Origin: a virus
Lineage: Duplodnaviria > Caudoviricetes
Virus record (IMG/VR): IMGVR_UViG_3300003375_000001
Coordinates: 32,001-96,000 of that record
Length of the DNA stretch: 64,000 bases
Strand: one strand, 5' to 3'
Positions 20,244 through 28,906 of the stretch are shown here, one piece after another. Each line of letters starts with the position of its first letter. The first letter of the stretch is position 1. The notes beneath the pieces are model-generated. The model was not told the origin of the DNA and did no database searches. It was given only the letters and a program-made list of their open reading frames with translations. Position numbers and translations under genes: made by a program.

Positions 20244-20657
20244 ATGAAACTCCGTACTCGTATTATATCCTTGGCACTCCTTGCGGCTAGCCCTGCGTTT
20301 GCTGTAACTTACCCCTGCCAGCCTGCCTTTAACGTACTGCCTGTCCTTAACCCTTCTATGGTAGTAGGAGACAAGCGGGGGCCTCTTACCATAAGCACTG
20401 CCGACGGATCAGGTGCCTACTGGTATTGTCAAGATGCGAAGGGCGTCATTACCGCTTGGCAGTACCATGCTACCATCGCGGCGCAAAACGTCGGTCTAAA
20501 GAACTGGTATATGCACTTGACTAACTGGGGTCAAACCGTAATCACAGAATCTCGTACAGCCGACTGTTCTAATCCAGCCACTCTGGTAGACGATCCAGAG
20601 AAAAGACTGTGTGCAGCCATAGTTACTGCTGTGCAAACTAACTGGCCTAAGAAGTAA
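20244..20657 (+). CDS. Secreted (Sec signal peptide) protein of unknown function
   Basis: MKLRTRIISLALLAASPAFA: basic n-region, hydrophobic h-region, A-F-A cleavage site; four Cys in the mature part; AAGGT RBS. Confidence 0.7.
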   Translation: MKLRTRIISLALLAASPAFAVTYPCQPAFNVLPVLNPSMVVGDKRGPLTISTADGSGAYWYCQDAKGVITAWQYHATIAAQNVGLKNWYMHLTNWGQTVITESRTADCSNPATLVDDPEKRLCAAIVTAVQTNWPKK

Positions 20658-20670
20658 GAGGTTAACTAAC

Positions 20671-20703
20671 GTGGGTGTTCTGATTACACGTCAGAACACC
20701 CAC
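20671..20703 (+). other. Intergenic perfect 13-bp hairpin, no U-tract
   Basis: GTGGGTGTTCTGA-TTACACG-TCAGAACACCCAC, a few nt upstream of the AGGGGT RBS of 20721. Confidence 0.65.
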
Positions 20704-20720
20704 CACAGGGGTTATAAAGC

Positions 20721-23700
20721 ATGTCACAGTTCGGCACCGACGATATCAATCAAATCCTATCCGAAGCTTTGTCTTTGGGTCTCAACCGTTTTACAAAACC
20801 GTCTATAGATATTCAGTATGGTGTTATAGACCCCACAAAGCCTAACGGAGTCAAAACAAACATAAGGGTAACAGTAGCCTTTTCCGCACCGTCCCCCGCT
20901 TTTGTTGGTCTCGTATGGCTCAACGCTGACAGCACCTCTCCTACTTATAAAACATTTTACGTGGGTAACGGTACAACAGTTGTACCGGCAGGCACCCAAC
21001 TAGACTCCACGTCAACCATAACAAAGAACATAGTATCGGTTATCCCCGCCACTACAACGACCCTTGGTGGTATTATAGTTGGTAACGGTCTTGCCATAAC
21101 ATTAGACGGTAAGCTTTCAGCTACAGGTGGTGTCGGAGTTAGTAACGCCACGGCATCGGTCCCTGGTGTCATTCAGCTAACTGGGGACCTTGGAGGTACG
21201 TCTACTTCGCCTACAGTTCCAGGTTTGGCTGGCAAACAAGCCACACTCGTATCAGGTACTAATATAAAGACTGTAGGAAGTCACAGCCTATTAGGCTCTG
21301 GTGACATTAACCTTGTACCTTCAGATATTGGCGCATACGCTAAACCAGGTACAGGTATCCCTACTTCTGACTTGGACGCAGCTACTCAACTGGCTATAAG
21401 CAAGGCTAACTCGGCTATTCAGTCAATACCAACTGTTCCGTCAGCCACGTCATCCGTTCAAGGCTTAATAACGCTTACGGGTGACCTCGGAGGAACTGCC
21501 TCTTCACCCACAGTTCCTGGTCTAGCAAACAAGCAGGCTACACTCGTATCAGGTACTAACATCAAGACAGTTGGCTCTAAGTCTTTGGTGGGTTCTGGAG
21601 ACCTTGGTCTACTACCGTCAGACATAGGAGCGTACGTCAAGCCAGGTACGGGCATTCCTTCTACTGACTTGGATGTTGCTAGCCAGACTGGCCTAGCTAA
21701 GGCTCTAACCGCGGTACAAACCCTTCCTGCAGCAACATCGTCAGTAGCCGGTATTATTCAGTTGACTGGAGATCTCGGCGGAACGTCTGCTTCGCCTACA
21801 GTCCCTGGCCTAGCAAACAAACAAGATACCTTAGTATCAGGCACCAATGTCAAGACTATAAATGGAGCTTCTTTACTAGGCTCTGGTAACTTAGTAATAA
21901 GCGTCCCTACCACTACAGACGCGTTGAGTGAAGGTACAACTAACCTGTACTTCACACAGTCTCGCGTTCTGGCTACAACTATAACAGGTGTTTCTACTGC
22001 GGTGTCTACGCCTATAACGGCAGCAGACACAACCCTAGCGGCTCTAGGGAAGTTACAAGCCCAGTTAACCAATACACAGCCTACTCTAGTATCTGGAACA
22101 AGTATAAAGACAATCAATGGCAGTTCTATACTGGGTAGCGGTAACCTTACAGTATCAGGCAGTGGCGGCGGAGGCAGTGGTCCTACTAGCACTGACGGCT
22201 TACCTGAGGGGACAACGAACCTTTACTTCACGCAGCCCCGTGTACTTTCAACCACGTTGGCCGGCTTATCAACTTCAACACCAACACCGATTACCTCGTC
22301 AGACACAACGTTGTCTGCACTTGGTAAGCTTCAAGCTCAATTTGTTGGCGTTAACCATGCACCTGTGGTCAACCCTGCTTCTGGTTCTTTCGTTAACTCA
22401 GTAGTAGGCTCTGGGAACATCATAACAAGCTACGTTACGGACCTGGACAGCAACACCTGTACTGTTTCGTGGATAGACTGGCGTGCTAGTTACCCTGCAG
22501 TAGGTACACCATTCACCACGCTGTACGGTACCATGACCATTAATGCCAATGGTAGCTGGACCTACGTGGCAGGAGCAGGCGCCTGGGCTTTGCTTGCTGG
22601 TCAAAACGTAACGGATACTTTCACCTATCTTATTACTGATGGTCAGGGCGCTCAGGTTCCTGGAACACTTACGGTAAACATTCAGGGCAGTGCAATAGCC
22701 CCAACTATAACGCCTACCAATGGTGGTGTTCAATATAATACCCCAGTGACTGGTAGTGTTGCAAGTTCCATCACAGAACTATCTCCTCTTACTGTGACCT
22801 TGACGCAATTTACGGTAGCTGGGGTCACTGGTACGTTTACTGCCGGCGCTACGGCTACTATTACAGGCGTAGGTACCATAACGATGGGCTCTAACATGAG
22901 CTACACGTTTACTCCTGTTTCTGGCTACTATGGTCCTGTGCCTATAGTAACGTATTCGGTAACTAACGGAACCGAGACAGTAACGGGTACCCTTGGGCTG
23001 ACTGTTGCTATTCCTCAAGGCATAAGTGCGGCCAAGCTAGTAAAGCGCCCTAGTATAACGGGTACAGGCAACGCAGGTGACGTTCTAACATATGTGGCAG
23101 GTACCGTTACTGGAGCAACGGGTGCGCCGGCCTTGCAATGGATGCGCCAGGGGCACGCCATTCCTGGGGCTACAGGTACTACGTATACCACTACAACCGC
23201 AGACACTTGGTATTGCATAAGTTTGCAGCTTACGTACCCTTCTTCTACAGTGCCTCTGCAGATTCGTACATATCCTATAGAGATAGGTCCAGCGACACAG
23301 CGCACCGTTGTGGACTATACGTTGGACCCCTTTGTAAACTATAAGCCTTGGAGTTACGAGCATCCGTTGCCTAATCAGAACGGAATGACTTCAGCTTATG
23401 CTGGGACGGTTTATGAGGTAGGCCCTGGTAAAGCATATTCGAGCCTGCATGACGTACCTATCATGAATCTTCTGCCTGGGGACACTGTCAAGCTGTACTG
23501 GCGTTCAACCCCTTACAGCGAGTCAATCTTTATTCCGTGCCAGGGGGAACCAAATCGCTGGATCAAGTTTGAAGGTGTACCTGGCCCCTTGGGTCAGTTG
23601 CCTATTCTTGACGGTACGTTGGCCACTAGCCCTCCACCGAATTCTGGTCTTAGTTCCTCCACCGACGGTGCTGCGATGATTCAAGTGGGAACGCCTACTT

Positions 23701-26066
23701 ATGGCGCACCTCCTTTTGTCAACTTTCCTTACTCACGTCCGTCCAACTATAAGGCTGGATGGATATGGATAACCAAGATACAGATCCAAAACGCAAAAGT
23801 TGGTCAGGGCCAGATAACGCTTACGGGCCAGAGTTCACCCTCGGCCTGGATACTAGGTGCTTCAGGCATAGCACAGTACGGTACGTACCGTATGCACGTG
23901 GACTATTGCAGAATCACCAATTGTGGATGGGGCATCTTCAGTCGTTCCATCAACTTCAACTCGCAGAATGATTCCACGCGGGAAGACTTTGGCACCCACT
24001 ACAGGTTCAATTACATAGACCTGTGTGGCGTTCCTTATTTGGACGGTGGGCGTGCTGGTCAACACAATATATACAACGAAGCTCTAGGCGCTATATTCGA
24101 ATACAACTACTTGGACTCTCCTGTAGACACAGGCGATGCCAACAACATAAAGACCCGAGACTGTGGAACTATACTCAGGTATAACTTCATTCGAAATGGC
24201 ACTAACAACATATGGATCATGGAGCCAGAAAACAACCCGTTGTTTGAAGCTTCACAGGTAGACGCTTGGGGTGAAAAGCTTATATCCAAGTTGTTTATCT
24301 ATGGTAATACGTTTGTCATTGATCGTCTGAATTACTACAACGGTAATGAAGACCACATATCTGTAGGTGATGGTCCTTTCCAAGGCAATACCCAGTATCG
24401 ATTTGGGTCGTTCCATTACTACAACAACATAATGCTGAACAACACCAGCACGGCTCAGGCTCCTTACATGCCCTTGTTTAACTTGCTCGACGCGTCTGCC
24501 GTTCTTACTGACGGTACGTCTACAGGAGGTTATGCAGGTCCTGTAACCACATACGTTATAAATAATCTTTTCTATACAACAGCAACCGCAGGTGGAACAC
24601 CAACGAACTTCGCCTTGTTCTACTGCCAAGGGTATGCCAACTGGTCACAGAACTGGATTAACGGTACATACGAAAACTCATATGCTTCCGTAGCGGACGG
24701 TGACTTGGCTAACGGTGTACCTTTCACAGGTGTAGGCTTGGGGGGTCTTGCTGCTGACAACGTAACTGACCCTGGCTTCTACGATATTCCGAATCTCGAT
24801 CTACGCCTACACAGCACGTCACCTTTTTACAGCCTTACTGGTAGCCTTCACAACGATGCCATTCTTCGTGGTCTAGTGTGTGATGATTCCTCTGTCTATG
24901 TTCCTTACGGCTATATCGCACCAGTCAACACCGTGCTACCCACTTTATCGGGGTCTTTCGTAGCAGGAGGTACGGTAAACTTCACAACAGGTACATGGGA
25001 CGACCCTAGCTACACGTTTACAGTTACTCCTCTAGTTAACGGGGTAGCTCAGACGGCGGTGACTGGTACCTCTTTCGTTATTCCTAACAGCGCAGGTGGA
25101 GGAACTATAGCTATAGCCGTTCTAGCTCAGAACCCTACGTCACTTAAGACAGCTACGATAAACTCAGCATCTCACAACGTAACAGCCGCTTCCGGTGCAC
25201 CTACCAATACCTCCCCACCTGTTTTCTTGACAGGCTCGCACTTCTATGTAACAGGCACCGCAACTTGGGGTTCGGATACTTGGTCTACTTCTCTATCAGG
25301 CGAAAGCTATAGTCTTATCCGGGACGACGGTGTGAACGTAGCTACAGGAACTAGCTATACCTTCGTCCTTGGGGATCAAGGTCATACATTTACCATTCAT
25401 GCTTCTGTATATGATTCGTCTGGTAGATATAACACAGCTACCTCTACCGCTAGCGCATCCATCGCGGCCGCACCTGCACTTGAACCTGACTCCAACGGGA
25501 TATTCCAATGGAATGAGGCTTCTGGCGCGTTACTACCTACTTTGAGTTCAAAGCTAATTGAGTCTACTCCAGGTAGTTATCAAACAAGTGGTACAGGTAC
25601 ACTGGAAACAACCTCGGCTGCCGGTTTTAACTCCGTTGTTGTTCAATACGAAAACGGACAAGGTGCGACGCAAGCAAGTTGTGGAGTGGTAGCTGGGGGC
25701 GTAGGCTTCTCTGGCTCTGCCGGTAACACCGTTTACCTATATATTTTTGGTAGCACGGGGTACGCTATTGTTTTGGGTGCAACAAACTGGCAGCTTACCA
25801 AAGCCGGTAGTTTTGTTACACAGGGTAACCATGGGATAAACATCTCGACCACTTCTATTAAAGCGGCTCTAAAGTATGATTCCACTGCGGGGACAATAAA
25901 CGTTTATGTGGCAACAGGTGCTACTGTGTTCTCAAGTGGTACGACACCTACCTACACCGCGTCTGACTCGTCGCCGCCAACAGGCAACTACCCCGGTTTT
26001 ATGTTGTACCCTGGTGCTAACAATACTACTGTCCAGCTTGATTCTTGGTCTGACTCCCTCTATTGA
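20721..26066 (+). CDS. Receptor-binding protein 6: 1781-aa multidomain fibre (shared module, internal repeats, VCBS/Ig-like domains, beta-helix)
   Basis: Module; three ~97-aa repeats; VCBS-type YGTMTINANGSWTY..VTDTFTYLITDG; Ig-like YTFTPVSGYYG; VYEVGPGK..LLPGDTV..PYSE beta-helix entry; PVNTVLPTLSG and PTNTSPPV Ig-like units. Confidence 0.8.
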   Translation: MSQFGTDDINQILSEALSLGLNRFTKPSIDIQYGVIDPTKPNGVKTNIRVTVAFSAPSPAFVGLVWLNADSTSPTYKTFYVGNGTTVVPAGTQLDSTSTITKNIVSVIPATTTTLGGIIVGNGLAITLDGKLSATGGVGVSNATASVPGVIQLTGDLGGTSTSPTVPGLAGKQATLVSGTNIKTVGSHSLLGSGDINLVPSDIGAYAKPGTGIPTSDLDAATQLAISKANSAIQSIPTVPSATSSVQGLITLTGDLGGTASSPTVPGLANKQATLVSGTNIKTVGSKSLVGSGDLGLLPSDIGAYVKPGTGIPSTDLDVASQTGLAKALTAVQTLPAATSSVAGIIQLTGDLGGTSASPTVPGLANKQDTLVSGTNVKTINGASLLGSGNLVISVPTTTDALSEGTTNLYFTQSRVLATTITGVSTAVSTPITAADTTLAALGKLQAQLTNTQPTLVSGTSIKTINGSSILGSGNLTVSGSGGGGSGPTSTDGLPEGTTNLYFTQPRVLSTTLAGLSTSTPTPITSSDTTLSALGKLQAQFVGVNHAPVVNPASGSFVNSVVGSGNIITSYVTDLDSNTCTVSWIDWRASYPAVGTPFTTLYGTMTINANGSWTYVAGAGAWALLAGQNVTDTFTYLITDGQGAQVPGTLTVNIQGSAIAPTITPTNGGVQYNTPVTGSVASSITELSPLTVTLTQFTVAGVTGTFTAGATATITGVGTITMGSNMSYTFTPVSGYYGPVPIVTYSVTNGTETVTGTLGLTVAIPQGISAAKLVKRPSITGTGNAGDVLTYVAGTVTGATGAPALQWMRQGHAIPGATGTTYTTTTADTWYCISLQLTYPSSTVPLQIRTYPIEIGPATQRTVVDYTLDPFVNYKPWSYEHPLPNQNGMTSAYAGTVYEVGPGKAYSSLHDVPIMNLLPGDTVKLYWRSTPYSESIFIPCQGEPNRWIKFEGVPGPLGQLPILDGTLATSPPPNSGLSSSTDGAAMIQVGTPTYGAPPFVNFPYSRPSNYKAGWIWITKIQIQNAKVGQGQITLTGQSSPSAWILGASGIAQYGTYRMHVDYCRITNCGWGIFSRSINFNSQNDSTREDFGTHYRFNYIDLCGVPYLDGGRAGQHNIYNEALGAIFEYNYLDSPVDTGDANNIKTRDCGTILRYNFIRNGTNNIWIMEPENNPLFEASQVDAWGEKLISKLFIYGNTFVIDRLNYYNGNEDHISVGDGPFQGNTQYRFGSFHYYNNIMLNNTSTAQAPYMPLFNLLDASAVLTDGTSTGGYAGPVTTYVINNLFYTTATAGGTPTNFALFYCQGYANWSQNWINGTYENSYASVADGDLANGVPFTGVGLGGLAADNVTDPGFYDIPNLDLRLHSTSPFYSLTGSLHNDAILRGLVCDDSSVYVPYGYIAPVNTVLPTLSGSFVAGGTVNFTTGTWDDPSYTFTVTPLVNGVAQTAVTGTSFVIPNSAGGGTIAIAVLAQNPTSLKTATINSASHNVTAASGAPTNTSPPVFLTGSHFYVTGTATWGSDTWSTSLSGESYSLIRDDGVNVATGTSYTFVLGDQGHTFTIHASVYDSSGRYNTATSTASASIAAAPALEPDSNGIFQWNEASGALLPTLSSKLIESTPGSYQTSGTGTLETTSAAGFNSVVVQYENGQGATQASCGVVAGGVGFSGSAGNTVYLYIFGSTGYAIVLGATNWQLTKAGSFVTQGNHGINISTTSIKAALKYDSTAGTINVYVATGATVFSSGTTPTYTASDSSPPTGNYPGFMLYPGANNTTVQLDSWSDSLY
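21147..22245 (+). repeat. Intragenic tandem protein repeats
   Basis: Three copies of AT(A/S)SV.G.I.LTGDLGGT..SPTVPGLA.KQ.TLVSGTN(I/V)KT near 21147, 21444 and 21733; two copies of TD.L.EGTTNLYFTQ.RV near 21912 and 22190. Confidence 0.9.
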
Positions 26067-26077
26067 TAGGAAAACTA

Positions 26078-26311
26078 ATGGCAATCGATGAAGACCTTGT
26101 TCAATATCAAGCCATTAAGTCCGAGTTGATAAGTCACCTTGGTCTAAAGCTTGTTAGGTTAAGGCTACAACTAAGTAACCTACAGCCTAGTGTAAACAAC
26201 CTACCCAATATAGCCTACTACCACACTAGAGGTCGTGTGTTGGAAGTAATGCAGCTAATTGAAAAGGCTAAAGCGGCCACTACGGTAGACGAGATAAAGG
26301 CTCTATTGTGA
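26078..26311 (+). CDS. Hypothetical protein, possible fibre chaperone
   Basis: ATG 26078 behind AGGA; C-terminus AKAATTVDEIKALL resembles the ends of fibre-chaperone proteins. Confidence 0.5.
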   Translation: MAIDEDLVQYQAIKSELISHLGLKLVRLRLQLSNLQPSVNNLPNIAYYHTRGRVLEVMQLIEKAKAATTVDEIKALL

Positions 26312-26399
26312 GCTAACCAAAACATAGTCCTGATTTTCTTATAGTGGACTTCCTCTTTACTCGAAAGTCAGGCTGTTCTCAAATAAATCACGCATATCA

Positions 26400-26408
26400 C
26401 ATTTTAAT
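26400..26408 (+). promoter_or_regulatory. Candidate late-promoter element CATTTTNAT (copy 2)
   Basis: CATTTTAAT in an AT-rich gap, 53 nt before the head operon ATG 26453. Confidence 0.35.
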
Positions 26409-26452
26409 TTTGTGCTTAAACACATATTTTTCAACCTCCAAGGATCTCTGAC

Positions 26453-28129
26453 ATGGCAACAAAACTGAAAGAACGAGCATCGGCTATCAAAGCTGCTGGC
26501 TCGATTTTCGTTTTCGCCGCAACGGATCGTAGTGTGCCAAAGAAAAGCGCAGTGTTGAAGGCGTCTTACGCTGAACACACTTGCGGTGACTGCGGCACAA
26601 TGGTGAAAGCAAGCGCCGAAACGCCTCAACCTTTTTGCGTTACGTGCGGCTCACACCATGTCAAAGCTACGGGCTCTGCTGTGAAGACTGAAATCGACAA
26701 GACCACTTTGGTGTCGGTGCGTTGTGGTAAGTGTTCGTCTGCAAACATTCTGAGTAAACCAGTACTTGCAGCCGCTTCTAATCACGTTCACTGCATCAAC
26801 TGCGGGCACGATATGGTAGCAGCCGCTGAAGCTCCACCTGCACTGGATGTTCCTAAGTTGGATTCGCCTAACGTTTCTCAGAAACCACTAGGTGTTCCTG
26901 ACATCGAATCGTTCAAAATCGACACGCCTGTCGATGAGCCTTTCGAACATGATCTTCCCGTCAAGAAAACGGAAGCAACTACTGAAGAGCCACTGCCGGC
27001 TGTGCTGAAAAACGGCACTACTGAGCCTGAGCTTCGTGAACCTGAACCTGCTGACGACTCTGGCGTTGATAACCCCAAAGGTATTGACGTTGAAAAGGCT
27101 GACGCAGAAAGCTTTGATTTTTCTGCGCCTGCTGACGACGACATCGGCCTTGACGAAGTGGAAACATCTTCGTGGGATTTTGGTCCTGACGAAATCAAAG
27201 AAGGCGAAACAGCCGCTGACGATCTGTCCCTGCTGGAAGGCAAGGAAGAAGTTCACTCTTCGGAAGAGTTTACTGAAGAAGACGACGGCGAAATGTTTGA
27301 TCCTTCTGCTGATGACGAAACGGCTGATGCTTTGATGGACAACCTTGACATGGACGATACATGTGCTCAAGTTGCTTTTGTTTCTGCTGGCTCCAAGCTG
27401 GTAGCTATGAAAGGCACTGTCACTATCGCCACATTGTCTCCTAAAGACGCAGGCAAGAATGCCGATCTGTTGCACTCTGACGTGATGGCTTCTGCTATAA
27501 TTCGCCAGGCTGAACAAGCAGGTCTGCGCAAAGGTCTGGCCTCTATGGGATTCAAGCTGATTCGCATTAAGTCGTCCAGCAAAATCGTTACTGACAAGAA
27601 GGTACAAGCTAAGGTTGCTGAAATCGCAAAGGCTTCGGCCCAGCGTGAATCAGAAACTGCTGAATGCCTGGCTCTTGCCGCCGCAGGTCTTGCCCGTAAC
27701 TTCTGGCGCGATAAACCCAATCCGATGAAGACTGCTTTCGAAAAGGAACTGGCTCATCTGGGTGTAAGCAATCCTCAAGTGGTATCGGCTTCGTTGTTCA
27801 AGACTTACGGTGTTGAATATACCAAGTCGCTTGTCGAAATCGCAAACTCCATTCAGGCTCTCGGCGCAGAAAATCGCAAGACCTTTGCTGCCGCTCTTGA
27901 TATGACTGACGGTATCGACCCTGCGTTTGACATCGCCACTGGTTCTAACGTTGACGACATGCCAATGAACGACTATTCCGAAGTGGAAGACGTTCAAGCT
28001 CGTTTGTCTCGTCCTGCCACAGTGACTGCTGCTCTGCTGCGTCCATCTTCAACCCGTGTATCTGCTAGCACCTATGACCGTGCTCATGCCATCCTGAATG
28101 GTACAGCTCGTCTCAATCTTGGCGTCTAA
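26453..28129 (+). CDS. Probable head scaffold/core protein with four CxxC motifs and an acidic linker
   Basis: CGDC, CVTC, CGKC, CINC in the first ~120 aa; D/E-rich middle; helical C-terminus; first gene of the capsid operon; highly expressed codon style. Confidence 0.5.
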   Translation: MATKLKERASAIKAAGSIFVFAATDRSVPKKSAVLKASYAEHTCGDCGTMVKASAETPQPFCVTCGSHHVKATGSAVKTEIDKTTLVSVRCGKCSSANILSKPVLAAASNHVHCINCGHDMVAAAEAPPALDVPKLDSPNVSQKPLGVPDIESFKIDTPVDEPFEHDLPVKKTEATTEEPLPAVLKNGTTEPELREPEPADDSGVDNPKGIDVEKADAESFDFSAPADDDIGLDEVETSSWDFGPDEIKEGETAADDLSLLEGKEEVHSSEEFTEEDDGEMFDPSADDETADALMDNLDMDDTCAQVAFVSAGSKLVAMKGTVTIATLSPKDAGKNADLLHSDVMASAIIRQAEQAGLRKGLASMGFKLIRIKSSSKIVTDKKVQAKVAEIAKASAQRESETAECLALAAAGLARNFWRDKPNPMKTAFEKELAHLGVSNPQVVSASLFKTYGVEYTKSLVEIANSIQALGAENRKTFAAALDMTDGIDPAFDIATGSNVDDMPMNDYSEVEDVQARLSRPATVTAALLRPSSTRVSASTYDRAHAILNGTARLNLGV

Positions 28130-28150
28130 TTAACTGAAAAAGGTATTCCC

Positions 28151-28840
28151 ATGATCTATCAACCTCTGTCTTCGTCTACCCGTAGCACTGAGCTGCCTCT
28201 GGCGGCTGGCGCTTCCAGCACTATCGTCGCTGACGGTCAATCGCTGGTCTACACTCTGGTCAACGGTATCGCTGGCGTGCAACCTTCTGCTGGTGCCGCT
28301 GGCGAACAATTCGCTGGTTTCGTTAACGCTCAAACTTCGGCTGCTGCTTTCCTGCAACAAACAGCTATCAAGGTTGAAGACGTTACTCTGGGTGCTTCGG
28401 GTACTTACTCGTTGGCCTTCGTCCCTGTCTCCGGCACGCTGTTTGTGTACGACGTGACTGCTGGTGCTCCTGTCGTTGTGACTACAGGCTACACCATCGA
28501 TGCATACGGTAACGTGACTGCTACTGGTTCTGCCAACCATGAAGTGATCTTCACTTATGTGTACGCTCTGACCGTTACGCAAGCTCGCGCTCTGCAAGGT
28601 GACATTCAGCCAGGCAACTACGCTGGTCTGTCGCTGGGTCAAGTGGGTGTTAGCCAATCGGGCACCATCTATCATGACCAGATCGACACTTCGAAAAACT
28701 GGCGCGCTGCTACCGCTGTGAAGCTGGGTGCTGGCGGCAAGCTGCAGGACCAAACAGGCTCCGGCGTGCAGATCAATGCCAAAATTCGCGCCGTACCTAC
28801 TGGCGATTATCCGTACCTCGGCTTGGACTTCTCCCTGTAA
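28151..28840 (+). CDS. Probable capsid decoration/cement protein
   Basis: 229 aa, beta-rich, Ala/Gly/Thr-rich; immediately upstream of the capsid gene; strong codon bias. Confidence 0.5.
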   Translation: MIYQPLSSSTRSTELPLAAGASSTIVADGQSLVYTLVNGIAGVQPSAGAAGEQFAGFVNAQTSAAAFLQQTAIKVEDVTLGASGTYSLAFVPVSGTLFVYDVTAGAPVVVTTGYTIDAYGNVTATGSANHEVIFTYVYALTVTQARALQGDIQPGNYAGLSLGQVGVSQSGTIYHDQIDTSKNWRAATAVKLGAGGKLQDQTGSGVQINAKIRAVPTGDYPYLGLDFSL

Positions 28841-28847
28841 TCTAGCT

Positions 28848-28881
28848 TGGTGGGGTAGATAACTACAAAACTACCCCGCCA
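28848..28881 (+). other. Hairpin upstream of the major capsid gene
   Basis: TGGTGGGGTAG-12 nt-CTACCCCGCCA (one G.U); no U-tract. Confidence 0.55.
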
Positions 28882-28906
28882 GTAACACACCCTCAAGGAA
28901 ACACTC

